Source: Gemmatimonas sp. (lineage in GTDB: Bacteria; Gemmatimonadota; Gemmatimonadetes; Gemmatimonadales; Gemmatimonadaceae). Taken from it: DNA of 64,000 nucleotides. Location of the stretch: positions 1 to 64,000 of the forward strand of contig JANNVQ010000055.1 of NCBI GenBank assembly GCA_031414535.1, given 5' to 3'. The notes under the pieces are model-generated. The model was not told where the DNA came from, ran no database searches, and saw only the letters and a list, made by a program, of their open reading frames with translations. Each line of letters starts with the position of its first letter. Position 1 is the stretch's first letter. The position numbers and the translations under genes were made by a program. Shown here one piece after another: positions 9,334 through 19,935 of this stretch.

Positions 9334-10620
9334 ATGCGATTGACCGCATCTCGCTTGTTCTCACTCGTGGCGCTTTCTGCTGCTGCTGCGCTTCCACTTG
9401 AAGCGCAGCAGGGCCCGCGCTCATTGCCCGCACCCGACAAGGAATACGGGGAGCCGTTCAGCTCTGTGGGCGTTGGCACGATTCGCGAACTCCGCGACGG
9501 CCGCGTAATCGTGGCCGACGCGCGGGACAAAGTCGTGAGCCTCGTGGACCTCCGTAGCGGGAGCGCGACGTCTATTGGCCGAGAGGGAAGCGGCCCGCAG
9601 GAGTTCGGATTTCCGATGCGACTGTTCGCTGCGCCGGGCGATACCACTTTCCTGTTTGATCCGCTCAACTCGCGTTACCTGATCATCGGGCCTGATGGGA
9701 AGGCCATCAATACGTTTCGCACGGAGGCTGACCCTCCAGCCGCGCGCCCGCAGGGTCAGGCCCAAGGCCGCCCCGGCGCAGCCGGCGGTCCCGGTGGCGG
9801 TTTCTCCGTTGGCGGTTTGACCACGGGGCGGGTATCGGATGCGCGTGGCCGCATCTATGCAGAGGGTGCGCCAGTTCAGATGGGCCCGAATGGCCCCGAA
9901 AGCATCGACTCGGTGGCGCTGATTCGCTTTGATCGCGCCACGCGGCGACTCGACACCTTGGCCTACCTGAAGTTGCCCGCTTCCAGCATGCAGATTTCTG
10001 GCGGACGCGACAACATGCGCGTGATGGTCGGTGGGGCGAATCCGTTGGAGCCGCGCGATGAGTGGACGGTATTCCCCGATGGCCGCGTGGCCATCGTACG
10101 CGCCAGGACCTACCACGTGGACTTTATTATGCCCGACGGAAGCAAGCGTTCGGGCGGACGCATCGCGTACACGCCGGTGCGGATGAGTGCCGCCGAGATT
10201 CGTCACGAGGAAGGCCTGCGCAATGCCGCGCGTGCCAACCAGATGATGATGACGATGAACAACAACAACGGGAACGTCTCTCGTAGCGCGACGATGGGCC
10301 CGGGCGCCAACGCGCCGCCACTCGAGCCGCTTACCAACTGGCCCGAAGTGAAGCCACCCTTCCGCTCTGGCATGGCGAGTGTGGTGGCGCGGCCAAACGG
10401 CGAACTGTGGGTGCGGCGCACCGAGAGCGCGCAGGCTCGCGGGACGCTCTACGACGTAATAACGCCGCAGGGTAGTGTGGCCTTCCAAGTGCGCATTCAA
10501 GATGGCTGGACGCTGGTGGGCTTCGGCGCTAACACCATCTACACGACGCGAAAGGACGAGGACGATCTCGTCTACCTGCAACGGCATCCGGCGGGGGAGC
10601 AGGCGCTTCGAGGCAACTAG
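9334..10620 (+). CDS. Secreted 6-bladed beta-propeller-like protein (paralog 2)
   Basis: Signal peptide; IGREGSGPQEF; C-terminal 'LVGFGANTIYT..KDEDDL'; clearly homologous to 8050-9228. Confidence 0.75.
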   Translation: MRLTASRLFSLVALSAAAALPLEAQQGPRSLPAPDKEYGEPFSSVGVGTIRELRDGRVIVADARDKVVSLVDLRSGSATSIGREGSGPQEFGFPMRLFAAPGDTTFLFDPLNSRYLIIGPDGKAINTFRTEADPPAARPQGQAQGRPGAAGGPGGGFSVGGLTTGRVSDARGRIYAEGAPVQMGPNGPESIDSVALIRFDRATRRLDTLAYLKLPASSMQISGGRDNMRVMVGGANPLEPRDEWTVFPDGRVAIVRARTYHVDFIMPDGSKRSGGRIAYTPVRMSAAEIRHEEGLRNAARANQMMMTMNNNNGNVSRSATMGPGANAPPLEPLTNWPEVKPPFRSGMASVVARPNGELWVRRTESAQARGTLYDVITPQGSVAFQVRIQDGWTLVGFGANTIYTTRKDEDDLVYLQRHPAGEQALRGN

Positions 10621-10640
10621 GACGGATGACGGATGACGGA
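10621..10640. repeat. Family B heptamer array (GACGGAT)x~3, left arm only
   Basis: GACGGATGACGGATGACGGA directly after the stop codon. Confidence 0.7.
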
Positions 10641-10643
10641 AGA

Positions 10644-10672
10644 GGGCGGGGCCGCGAGGTCCCGCCCCTTTC
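10644..10672 (+). terminator. Intrinsic terminator-like hairpin
   Basis: GGGCGGGGCC-GCGA-GGTCCCGCCC followed by CTTTC. Confidence 0.6.
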
Positions 10673-10728
10673 ATTAGGCTTCGGTGAATGTGGTTGACGG
10701 CTTCCGTACTGAGGCGCAAATAGGGCGT

Positions 10729-11883
10729 ATGAGACGATTGCTCGGACTTGGATTTCTGTCGCTGACCCTGGCGGCCTGTGCCGCTGAGGCGCCGGTGATT
10801 ACAGACGTTGTGCGTGCGGATTCGGCGGGCGTGAAGCTCATTACTTCGCTGCGCGCGGATACGGCATTGGCTTGGAAGTTCGATACCGTGGGCACGCTCA
10901 CCGACTCCCTGGGCGAGCCGTGGCTGTTTACGGGACTTTCGCCCGAGATGGTGATCACCGACCGCGCCGGCCGCACCTACGTCCTCGAGCGCGAGCCAGT
11001 GATTCGGCGCTTTGGTCGTACCGGCCAATACGAGCGCAGCGTTGGACGAAAGGGCGGCGGACCTGGCGAGATGGAGTTTCCCATTAGCCTCGTGCAGCAG
11101 GGCGATTCGCTCGGCGTGATGGATATGGGTCGCAGCGCCCTCGTGCGCTGGGGGGCCGACTTTGAGCCAATCAACGACCTGCCACTGCGAGACGGACTTG
11201 CTCGCACCCAACGCATCGCGTTCCGCATGGGCGGCTTCTGGCTCGAGCGCTATTCATTTGATTCCACCGGCACAATCGTGGAATTGCGCGCCGACACCAC
11301 CGGCGGCGAGAGCCTGATGTCGCTCTTTCAGCCGACCCCCAAGAACCGTCGCATGCTCGAGGCCTGCGGTGGTCAGATGCGCTTGATGCAGCCGCGGTTC
11401 TTTGAGCCGACCTTGCAGTGGGATAACGATGGTGCGCGTGCCTTGGCCTACACGGGTCCCGCCTATGAGCTGCGCTTGTATGAGGGCAGTCGCCTGCTCG
11501 CAATCGTGCGCCGCGAACTCCCGCCGACCGCACCAACAATGGACGATGTGCGACGCCTGTACCCTGAGGGGATGAAGGTGCAGGCGGGACCGTTGAACTG
11601 CGAGATCTCACTGGAGCAGCTCACGGAGGGCGCCGAGATGGCCCCCGCGCTGCCGTTTGCCAACGGTGTTGCGCTTACAAAGGACGGCACTATGTGGGTG
11701 CAGCGCTCGCTGCGAAACGAACCGCCGGTGCTCGACGTCTTTGGTTCAGATGGCGCGTACGCGGGTACGGTGCGAGGGTTTGGGCTTCCGCTGGGGCTGC
11801 TGCCCAACGGAGAATTGCTCGTCCCGCAAGAAGACGAAGAGAGCGGCGGGTTTGTGATTACCCGTCTGCGCGTATCGAGATAG
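10729..11883 (+). CDS. 6-bladed beta-propeller-like lipoprotein (paralog 3)
   Basis: Lipobox LAAC; GRKGGGPGEMEFP motif; C-terminal DVFGSDGAYAG. Confidence 0.75.
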   Translation: MRRLLGLGFLSLTLAACAAEAPVITDVVRADSAGVKLITSLRADTALAWKFDTVGTLTDSLGEPWLFTGLSPEMVITDRAGRTYVLEREPVIRRFGRTGQYERSVGRKGGGPGEMEFPISLVQQGDSLGVMDMGRSALVRWGADFEPINDLPLRDGLARTQRIAFRMGGFWLERYSFDSTGTIVELRADTTGGESLMSLFQPTPKNRRMLEACGGQMRLMQPRFFEPTLQWDNDGARALAYTGPAYELRLYEGSRLLAIVRRELPPTAPTMDDVRRLYPEGMKVQAGPLNCEISLEQLTEGAEMAPALPFANGVALTKDGTMWVQRSLRNEPPVLDVFGSDGAYAGTVRGFGLPLGLLPNGELLVPQEDEESGGFVITRLRVSR

Positions 11884-11990
11884 CTCTTAAAGAATTGGCA
11901 GCAGTCACGGCAACTCCTGAGCAACCCTCGGCACACGGCTGGGGTCAAATCCTCCGTAGCGACATCCCACTCCCCGCGTTCTCAACACCG

Positions 11991-13142
11991 ATGTCTCAGC
12001 CGCTTCGTCTCATCGCTTTCATTGTTGCCACCAGTAGCATCGTGGCCTGCGACAAGCTCAAGTCGGCCGCCGGTGGTGATGCTGTGGCGGCGGCGGACTC
12101 ATCGGCGACGGCCACGGATTCTGGCGGTACGTCCGGCGGCTCGACCGTCTCTCTGCCTGTAGTCGCTGGTGAGGTTACCGATGGCGACCTCGTGCTTTCT
12201 ATCAACACCACGGGCCAGGTGCGCTCCGAGTCCGAAGGCCGCATTCGCAGCGAAGTCGCCGGCACGGTGGTGCGCGTGGCCGTGCGACCCGGCGACCGCG
12301 TACGCCGCGGACAAACCATCGTGGAGCTCGACGCGCGCCCCTTTGAGATTGATCTCGCCGAAGCGGAAGTCGCGCTTAAGTCCGCCGAGCAGCAGTACCA
12401 AGATCTGTATCGTCCCGATTCCGCCGCCACGGGCGTAATGCCCACGCAAGTTCGCCTCGACGCCTTCGTCATTCGCTCCGGCCTTGCGGCCGCGCGCGTG
12501 CGACTCGACCGCGCCAAACTCGCGCGTGAGCGCTCCACCATCGCGGCGCCCTTTAGCGGAACCATTGATCGCGTGAACACAGTAGTTGGCGACCGCATCA
12601 ACGCCGGCCAGGATATTGGCACGTTGGTGGACTTGGAGAACCTGCGCATCGAAGCGGCAGTGCTCGAGCACGATTTACCGCTCATTCGCGTGGGCGGCGA
12701 GGCGGTCATCACGAGCGCCGCGATTCCTGGCCAGGCGATTAATGGGCGCGTGGCAGCCATCTTGCCGATGGTAGACAGCATCACGCGTGCAGGTCGTGCC
12801 TTCGTGCGCACCACCGGCGGCGGCGCACTGCGCCCTGGCATGTACGCCGATGTACGTCTTGAAGCGCAGCGCCTCACCGGGCGGCGCCTCGTGCCCACGC
12901 GCGCCATCATCGAGCGCGATGGTCGCCCTCTTGTGTTCGTCGTGAAGGATGGCCGCGCCCAGTGGACCTATGTGCAGCCGGGCCGAAGCAACGGTCGTGA
13001 AACGGAGATCCTCGCCGACTCCACGAGTGGCATCATCCCTGTGAATGTCGGTGATCGCGTCATCGTCGAAGGGCATCTCACGCTGACGCACGATGCGCCG
13101 GTCCGCGCCGTGGCGGCGCGCGAGCGCAACAACAACAACTAA
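11991..13142 (+). CDS. RND efflux periplasmic adaptor (membrane fusion protein), lipoprotein
   Basis: Lipobox IVAC; lipoyl/hairpin motifs SEVAGTV..GDRVRRGQ, IAAPFSGTI, LRPGMYA. Confidence 0.92.
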   Translation: MSQPLRLIAFIVATSSIVACDKLKSAAGGDAVAAADSSATATDSGGTSGGSTVSLPVVAGEVTDGDLVLSINTTGQVRSESEGRIRSEVAGTVVRVAVRPGDRVRRGQTIVELDARPFEIDLAEAEVALKSAEQQYQDLYRPDSAATGVMPTQVRLDAFVIRSGLAAARVRLDRAKLARERSTIAAPFSGTIDRVNTVVGDRINAGQDIGTLVDLENLRIEAAVLEHDLPLIRVGGEAVITSAAIPGQAINGRVAAILPMVDSITRAGRAFVRTTGGGALRPGMYADVRLEAQRLTGRRLVPTRAIIERDGRPLVFVVKDGRAQWTYVQPGRSNGRETEILADSTSGIIPVNVGDRVIVEGHLTLTHDAPVRAVAARERNNNN

Positions 13143-13154
13143 CGGAAGCGCGCG

Positions 13155-16100
13155 ATGTCGCTCTCCGCATTCGCTGTCCGTCGTCCAGTGACGACGGTGG
13201 CGGCGACCTTAGCCATCGTCCTGCTCGGCAGCGTCTCACTGACGCGCCTGCCCGTCACGCTGCTCCCCGATGTGACGCTGCCGGTGCTGACGGTGCGCAC
13301 CACCTACACCGGTTCGGCGGCAGAAGAAGTCTCGCGCTTCGTGGCGGAGCCCATCGAGGCAGCCGTCGCGGCGACGCCGGGTCTCGTGGAGCTCCGCTCC
13401 GTCAGTCGCAACGGCGAAGCGGTGACCACGATGCGCTTCCAGTGGGGCACGGACATGCCCACCACCATCCTCACGGTGCGCGAGCGGCTCGACCAAGCGC
13501 GCGCACGCTTGCCCGAGGGCGCGGCGCGTCCAACGCTGCTCACGAGCGATCCGGGCGAGCGACCAATCGCCGTCATCGGTCTTACCGGCCTCAACGACCT
13601 CCGACTGCTTGGCCGCACCGCAAACGATGTGCACGCGCGCCGACTTGAGCAGATCGCTGGCGTGGCGAGTGTGGCCGTTGTGGGTGCACCTGAGGACGAG
13701 ATTCGCATTGAGGTGGACCCTGAGCGTATGCGAGCGCTCGGCATTTCCACCAACGATGTTGCCAACGCCGTACAAGCAGCAAATGCCAATGGAGCGGGTG
13801 GCACGATCCGCCGCGGACAATTCCGCTTCTCCGTGCGGGCGCTCACGGAGCTCCGTGCGCTCGATGAGATCGCGGAGACGCCGGTAGGTCCGGCCACGGC
13901 GAACCTCCGCCTCCGCGACATCGCGACGATCACGAGCACGCTCGCCGAGCCGCGGACGCTCACGCGCTTGGACGGCGGCGCGGCGGTTGGCTTGGTGGTC
14001 TATAAGGATGCCGGCAGCAACACCGTGGCCGTCACTGACAACATGCGCGACGTCATCGCGCAGTTGCAGACAGAGTTTCCGACCATCCGCATGCACGTCG
14101 TGGCCGCCCAGGCGGATTTCGTGGTGGATGCGCTCTCCAACCTCGGGCAGGAAATCGTGGTCGGCGGTGCGATGGCGCTGTTGATGATTTTGGTGTTCCT
14201 GCGCCACTGGCGATACAGCATCGCCATCGCGGTGATTCTCCCGCTGTCGGTGATGATCGCGCTGGTGTTCCTGCAGTTGTTTGATGTTACGGTGAACGTG
14301 CTTTCGCTGGGCGGTCTCGCGCTCGGTGTGGGCTTGCTCGTGGACAACGCCATCGTCGTAGCTGACGCCACGGGCCGAAAGATGGAAGAGTCCAATCTTC
14401 CGCTCGACGAAGCGGCGATTGCCGCCACGGACGAGGTGGCCGGTCCATTGTTCGCAGGCACGCTCACCACCGTGCTGGTGTTCGGTCCCATCATCTTCGT
14501 GAAGGGCTTGGCGGCCGCGTTGTTCCGCGACCTCTCGTTGGCGGTGGTGCTCTCGGTGGGTGGTTCGTTGATTCTTGCGCTCACGCTGATGCCAGTGATG
14601 ATCGTCGGTCGCCGCAAGTTTGCCGCAGCGCAGCGCGATCGCGTGGCGCGCGAGCCTGGCCCGATGGAAGCCAAGCTGCTGGCCTTCGGCGAGCGTTGTG
14701 CCAATGTGTACGAGCACGGCATGGAGTGGGCACTCAAGCGGCCACTAGCGATGTTGGGACTGGCGCTCGCAATGGTCGCGGTGATGGTCGTCTCCATCTG
14801 GAAGTTGCCGCGGGAGATTCTGCCGCAGGTGGATGAGGGCATTGTTGTTGCCGCGCTGCAGCTTCCCGAAGGCACGGCGATTGACGAGACGACGCGCCAG
14901 GTCGAACGCGTCGAGGCCATCGCGAAGTCGCTGGGCTCTAACGGCGTGTACTCGCGTGTGGGCATCGCCACGGACGAGGAAGTGCTCTCCGGCGCGGAGC
15001 CTGGTACATCGGCCACAGCGCAGTTGCTCGTGCCTATCCCGGATGGCATTGAGGCCGCGGACTTCGCCAACAGGCTTCGCGCGGCGGTGCCGGATCTATC
15101 GGGCAGCGGCTCGCTCGCGCTGGACCTCGCGGGCCAGAGTGAATTCGGTTCGCTCATTGGCCGCGAGGGGCGACTCGTGCGCGTGGAAGTGAGTGCGCGC
15201 ACGTTGGCCGAGAGCCAAGTGTGGGCGGACTCGGTGCGTCGTCGTTTGGCATCGCTGCCCACGTTGAGTGATGTGCGCGATGCCTACAGCACGACGCAGC
15301 CGCAAATCGAAGTGCAGCTGGAGCGTGGGCGACTGGCCGAGCGTGGCATTTCTGTGCAAGCGGTACAACGCGCGCTGCAGGGTGGGCTTGGAGGTGTGAG
15401 CGCAAGTGAACTCCGCGAGACGGACCGTCGCACGCCAATCCGTGTGCGTTTCGCTGGCAACGCCAACGAAGACCTGCAGGTAGCGCTCGCTACGCCTGTG
15501 AGTGGCGTGCCGCTCTCACAGCTCGTGACTTGGCGTGAAGTGCGCGCGCCAATCGAAGTGGTGCGCGTGAATCAGCGGCCCGTTAGCATCGTTGAGGGTC
15601 TCATCGAAGCAGGCGGCACGGCCAAGGCCACGACGGACGTGCAGGCGCAGCTCGCGGCGCTCACGCCACCGGCGGGACTGACCTGGGCGGTGACGGGCGC
15701 CGACGTCGAGCAACGGCGCACCACTGAGCAACTCGCGCTGGTGGCGATTCTCTCGGTGGCGCTGGTGTTCCTCGTGCTCGCTGGCGAGTTCGCGTCGTTC
15801 ACGATTCCGATGGTCGTCATGATCACGGTGCCGCTGACCGCCGCCGGTGGCTTCATCCTGCTCTGGATGACGGGCCAGAGCATCAATGCCGTGTCGCTGA
15901 TCGGCATCGTGGTGATGATTGGCATGGCCGACAACGAAGCGGTGGTGAAGCTCGACGCCATCCGGCGCTTCCGTGAGGAGGGGCACTCGATTCACGATGC
16001 GGTCTTGCTGGGCGGTCGCCAACGTCTGCGCGCAATCACCATGACTTCACTGACGACGATCTTCGGCGTGCTGCCGCTGATGCTCGGCATCGGTAGCGGT

Positions 16101-16271
16101 GGCGCGCTGTATCAGCCGCTGGCAGCTGCCGTGATCGGTGGTGCCATCAGCGCGCAGCTCGTGACCTTCTTCTTGCTGCCGGTGGCCTACTCGGAGCTGG
16201 AGAAGTGGCAGGAGCGTAAGGCCGCGCGCCACGCCGTGAACGCTCTCGTGGCGCCGGTGACCGACGCGTGA
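13155..16271 (+). CDS. RND efflux permease subunit 1 (AcrB/MdtB-like)
   Basis: 1038 aa; RRPV N-terminus, GLLVDNAIVV, RLRAITMTSLTT, PLAAAVIGG. Confidence 0.93.
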   Translation: MSLSAFAVRRPVTTVAATLAIVLLGSVSLTRLPVTLLPDVTLPVLTVRTTYTGSAAEEVSRFVAEPIEAAVAATPGLVELRSVSRNGEAVTTMRFQWGTDMPTTILTVRERLDQARARLPEGAARPTLLTSDPGERPIAVIGLTGLNDLRLLGRTANDVHARRLEQIAGVASVAVVGAPEDEIRIEVDPERMRALGISTNDVANAVQAANANGAGGTIRRGQFRFSVRALTELRALDEIAETPVGPATANLRLRDIATITSTLAEPRTLTRLDGGAAVGLVVYKDAGSNTVAVTDNMRDVIAQLQTEFPTIRMHVVAAQADFVVDALSNLGQEIVVGGAMALLMILVFLRHWRYSIAIAVILPLSVMIALVFLQLFDVTVNVLSLGGLALGVGLLVDNAIVVADATGRKMEESNLPLDEAAIAATDEVAGPLFAGTLTTVLVFGPIIFVKGLAAALFRDLSLAVVLSVGGSLILALTLMPVMIVGRRKFAAAQRDRVAREPGPMEAKLLAFGERCANVYEHGMEWALKRPLAMLGLALAMVAVMVVSIWKLPREILPQVDEGIVVAALQLPEGTAIDETTRQVERVEAIAKSLGSNGVYSRVGIATDEEVLSGAEPGTSATAQLLVPIPDGIEAADFANRLRAAVPDLSGSGSLALDLAGQSEFGSLIGREGRLVRVEVSARTLAESQVWADSVRRRLASLPTLSDVRDAYSTTQPQIEVQLERGRLAERGISVQAVQRALQGGLGGVSASELRETDRRTPIRVRFAGNANEDLQVALATPVSGVPLSQLVTWREVRAPIEVVRVNQRPVSIVEGLIEAGGTAKATTDVQAQLAALTPPAGLTWAVTGADVEQRRTTEQLALVAILSVALVFLVLAGEFASFTIPMVVMITVPLTAAGGFILLWMTGQSINAVSLIGIVVMIGMADNEAVVKLDAIRRFREEGHSIHDAVLLGGRQRLRAITMTSLTTIFGVLPLMLGIGSGGALYQPLAAAVIGGAISAQLVTFFLLPVAYSELEKWQERKAARHAVNALVAPVTDA

Positions 16272-19200
16272 TTCGCTGGGCGGTGAGCCGGCCGGCCGTG
16301 GTCTGGGCGGCGTCCGTGGCCATCGTGCTGGGTGGCGCGGTGTCGTTCACGCGGCTCGCGCTCGCCACTCGTACAACAGTGGAGTTGCCGCGTCTGCAGG
16401 TGAGCGCGAGCTGGACGGGAGTGTCCGCCGAGTTGGTGGAGATGTACATCTCCTCGCCGGTTGAGGCCGCAGTGCAGGGCGTGCGCGGGGTGAAGCGCAC
16501 GAGTTCCACGTCTCGCGACGGCACCTCGTCCATCAACATCGAGTTGGATCCGCAGGCGAACGTGCAGATGACGCGGCTCGCCATTTTGGAGCGACTCGAG
16601 TTGCTGCGTGGCGAGTTTCCGCTCGGCGCTACGCAACCAACCGTCGGCAATCTGGTGCCCGAGCAACTGGAAGAGCCGCCATTGTTGCGCGTGAACTTGA
16701 GCGGCCCGTATACGCCAGGTGCGCTGCAGCGTGTGGCGGATGAAGTACTCACGCCGCGCTTGAGCGCGGTGAACGGCGTCAGCGCCGTGTCGGTACAAGG
16801 CGGCACCGAGTTCGGTGCCAGCGTGGCCTACGATCCCCAGTTGCTGCGCCAAGTCGGCGTGGATCCGCAGACCTTGGCTACAGCGGTGCGTGAAGCGCGC
16901 GTCGTGGCGTCGTTGGGCACGGAGCGGCTTGGCGCGAGTAAGCGCGAAGTGGTGCTGCGCGATCAACCCGATGCGCTCGAGCAGCTCGAGGAGCTTCCGA
17001 TTCGCGGACGTGGCGGTCGGGTGTTCAGGTTAGGCGAGCTCGCCGAGGTGCGCCCTGAGGAAGACACGCGTGGGATGTTCTTTCGTGTGAACGGCAACAC
17101 GGCACTGTCCCTCACCGTGACGCGCGAAGCGGGCTCCGATGCCATCAAGACGGCGCGAGCTGTGCGCGAGACGATGCGCGGCATGACGTCGGAACTTCCG
17201 GCGGGCATCAGTTGGCGCGTGACCGCCGATGAGTCCGTGGAGCTGGATCGTCAGCTCAACGATTTGTTTTTGCGCAGCGCGATTGCCTTTGCCGCCGTGG
17301 CACTGGTGCTGCTCATTGCCCTACGAAACGGCCGAGCCGTGTTGCTCGTGATGGGCTCCGCCGCGGTGGCCATCGCTGGCACGGCGCTCGGACTCTTCTT
17401 GCTCGACATTCCATCCAACATGCTCACGCTGGCCGGTCTCGGGATGGGCATCGGCGTGCTGGTGCAGAACGGCCTCGTGGTCGTCGAGCGCCTGCGATCA
17501 GCGCCTGACACCGAGGAGGGTCGCGCCAGCGTGGCGCAGCGCATGCTGCCCGCCGTACTCGGCTCCACGCTCACAACGGCGGTGGTGCTGTTTCCATTTC
17601 TGTATCTGCAAGGCAACGCGCGAGCGGCGTTCTTTCCCTTTGCGGCGGCGTTCACGCTCGCGCTAGCGTGGTCAGTGTTGTCGGCGCTCGTGATGGTGCC
17701 GGCCCTCGCTGGAGGACACGGCCTCAAGGACACGCACTGGCCGCGCGCGCAACGCACGTACGGGTGGATGGTGAAGAAGACGCTGCGTTGGCGCTGGGTG
17801 ACGATCCTCCTCACCACGGCGATGATCGGCGGACTGAGCTGGGTGTTCGTGAAGAAGATCCCGCGCTTCTCGTTCAGCGGCTTCGGCGTGCAGCGCAACA
17901 CGGTGCAGGTCAGCATCAACTTCCCGCGCGGCTCCGATCCCGCGGGGCTCGATGCCGCGATGCGCGAGATGGAGGCGGTGGTCGTCGGTCGCGATGGCAT
18001 CGAGGAGGTGGTGGCGCAGAGCTTCGGCGTATTCGGCGCGGGCATGCGCGTGTCGTTCACGTCCGCCGCCGAAGTGACCGCTATTCCACTCGAGGTGCAG
18101 GAAGCACTGACGGCGCGCGCCGTCTACGTGGGCGGCGCCAGCATCTTCGTGAGCGGCCAAGGCCCGGCGTTCAGCTCCGGCGGTGGCGGCGGCTCCAGTT
18201 CCAACTTCCGCATTCGCGTGCTCGGCTACTCCTACGCAGCCGTGGCGGAGCTCGCGGAGGATATCCGATTGCGCTTGGAGCGCATCACGCGTGTGCGCAA
18301 CGCCACCGTCACGAGCGGCAGCTTCTTTGGCGGCGACAAGGCCTTCGCCGTAACGCTTGATCCCGACCGCGACGCGCTCGCGCGCTACGGCGTGACGGCA
18401 GCCGCATTCACGCAGGCGGTGGGCCGTGAAGTGCGCGGACCCGTGGGCGGTCAGCGCTTGGAGATTGGAGGCGAAGAGATCCCCGTCACGGTCAAAGCCA
18501 ACGGCGCGCGCGAGCGTACGCTCGATCAGTTGCGCGACGCGCTGGTGCCCACCACGACGGGTACTCCGGCGCGCATCGCCGATCTCTCGCAGGTTGATGA
18601 GCGCGAACAGTTGGCCACGGTCACGCGAGAGGACCAGCAATACCTGCGCGTGGTGGCCTACGAGTTCCGAGGACCCAATCGCCTGGCCCAGCGCACGCAC
18701 ACGGCGTTCATGAACAGCATCAGCGTGCCGCCCGGGTTCACGGTTGAAGACCAAGCGCTCTTCCAACAGCGCGAGGATGAGAGCCAAAAGGGCCTCTGGC
18801 TCGTGTTCGCGATTGGCGTCGTGCTCGTGATTCTTAGCGTCGCGATGGTCTTCGACTCCACGTGGGGCGCCGCGATGGTGTTCCTCTCGTTGCCGGTCGC
18901 GCTCGCCGGTGTAGTGGCGGCGTTCTGGGCCGCCGATGCCGCGTTCACGCGCGAGGCCGCCGTGGGCGTGATTCTCGTGGTTGGCCTAGCAGTGAACCAG
19001 AGCATCCTGCTCGTGGACGCCGCGCTCGAACGCCGCAGAAAGTCGAGCGGCAGGCTCTCGGCCGCCCAAGTGTATCGCGCGGCACTGGACCGCTCGGGGA
19101 TGATCGTGATGGTCACGCTGACCACCATCGCGTCGCTTATTCCGCTCGCTGTGGGAACGAGCGCGAATACGCTATTTGGCGCTATCGCGCTGGCCACAGC

Positions 19201-19279
19201 TGGTGGTACGGTGGCGGGTACCGTCGGTGCGACGCTGATCTTGCCGGCGTTGCTGGCGAGGTTGCGCCGCCGCGCCTAG
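16268..19279 (+). CDS. RND efflux permease subunit 2 (divergent)
   Basis: 1003 aa, 4-bp GTGA overlap with subunit 1; RND topology with degenerate TM4 (GVLVQNGLVV). Confidence 0.9.
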   Translation: MIRWAVSRPAVVWAASVAIVLGGAVSFTRLALATRTTVELPRLQVSASWTGVSAELVEMYISSPVEAAVQGVRGVKRTSSTSRDGTSSINIELDPQANVQMTRLAILERLELLRGEFPLGATQPTVGNLVPEQLEEPPLLRVNLSGPYTPGALQRVADEVLTPRLSAVNGVSAVSVQGGTEFGASVAYDPQLLRQVGVDPQTLATAVREARVVASLGTERLGASKREVVLRDQPDALEQLEELPIRGRGGRVFRLGELAEVRPEEDTRGMFFRVNGNTALSLTVTREAGSDAIKTARAVRETMRGMTSELPAGISWRVTADESVELDRQLNDLFLRSAIAFAAVALVLLIALRNGRAVLLVMGSAAVAIAGTALGLFLLDIPSNMLTLAGLGMGIGVLVQNGLVVVERLRSAPDTEEGRASVAQRMLPAVLGSTLTTAVVLFPFLYLQGNARAAFFPFAAAFTLALAWSVLSALVMVPALAGGHGLKDTHWPRAQRTYGWMVKKTLRWRWVTILLTTAMIGGLSWVFVKKIPRFSFSGFGVQRNTVQVSINFPRGSDPAGLDAAMREMEAVVVGRDGIEEVVAQSFGVFGAGMRVSFTSAAEVTAIPLEVQEALTARAVYVGGASIFVSGQGPAFSSGGGGGSSSNFRIRVLGYSYAAVAELAEDIRLRLERITRVRNATVTSGSFFGGDKAFAVTLDPDRDALARYGVTAAAFTQAVGREVRGPVGGQRLEIGGEEIPVTVKANGARERTLDQLRDALVPTTTGTPARIADLSQVDEREQLATVTREDQQYLRVVAYEFRGPNRLAQRTHTAFMNSISVPPGFTVEDQALFQQREDESQKGLWLVFAIGVVLVILSVAMVFDSTWGAAMVFLSLPVALAGVVAAFWAADAAFTREAAVGVILVVGLAVNQSILLVDAALERRRKSSGRLSAAQVYRAALDRSGMIVMVTLTTIASLIPLAVGTSANTLFGAIALATAGGTVAGTVGATLILPALLARLRRRA

Positions 19280-19326
19280 CGTTCGGGGTCAGCAATGCGG
19301 CAATCACACTCCAGCCTGACCTGAAC

Positions 19327-19935
19327 ATGCGCGTTCTGCTTCGTTCGCTTTTGCTCGTGTTTGTGCCGGCGGCACTCATCGCCCAGCAGCACGATGCCTC
19401 GCACCACGCGCCCGCTGCGGCGGCTCCGCATCAAGAGCCCACGCTCGTGATTTTCGTGCGCCACGGCGAGCGCGGCACGACCCCGGCCGACGATCCAGAA
19501 CTCACGCCAGCTGGTCGCGAGCGGGCCCTCGCGCTCGTTCAGGCTGTGCGCGACGCCAAGGTGCAGGTCGTCATCCATACGCCACGCGTTCGCACTCGCG
19601 ACACCGCGCTGCCGGTGGCACAGCACTTTGGTCTCACACCCGAGGTTGTGCCGCTCTCCGCTGGCGCCTCACACGTGGAGGCTATGGTTGCCGCCATTCA
19701 GAAGCATCACGGCAAAACCATCGTCGTCGTCGGACATTCCAACACCATCATGCAATACATCGCGGCGCTTGGCGGCCCGCGCCGAGCCGACCTCTGCGAC
19801 CACCAATACAACGGCCTCTACACGCTGGCGCTCATGCACAGCGAGGCCTTCCTGGTCGAGGGTCAGTACGGGGCCGCGAACCCGCCCGCCGCACCGGGTT
19901 GCGCCTCAATGACCGCCCCGACGATGCGCCCGTAG
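19327..19935 (+). CDS. Secreted histidine phosphatase (phosphoglycerate mutase/SixA family)
   Basis: Signal peptide; RHGE, LTPAG, RTRDTA, VVGHSNT motifs. Confidence 0.85.
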   Translation: MRVLLRSLLLVFVPAALIAQQHDASHHAPAAAAPHQEPTLVIFVRHGERGTTPADDPELTPAGRERALALVQAVRDAKVQVVIHTPRVRTRDTALPVAQHFGLTPEVVPLSAGASHVEAMVAAIQKHHGKTIVVVGHSNTIMQYIAALGGPRRADLCDHQYNGLYTLALMHSEAFLVEGQYGAANPPAAPGCASMTAPTMRP

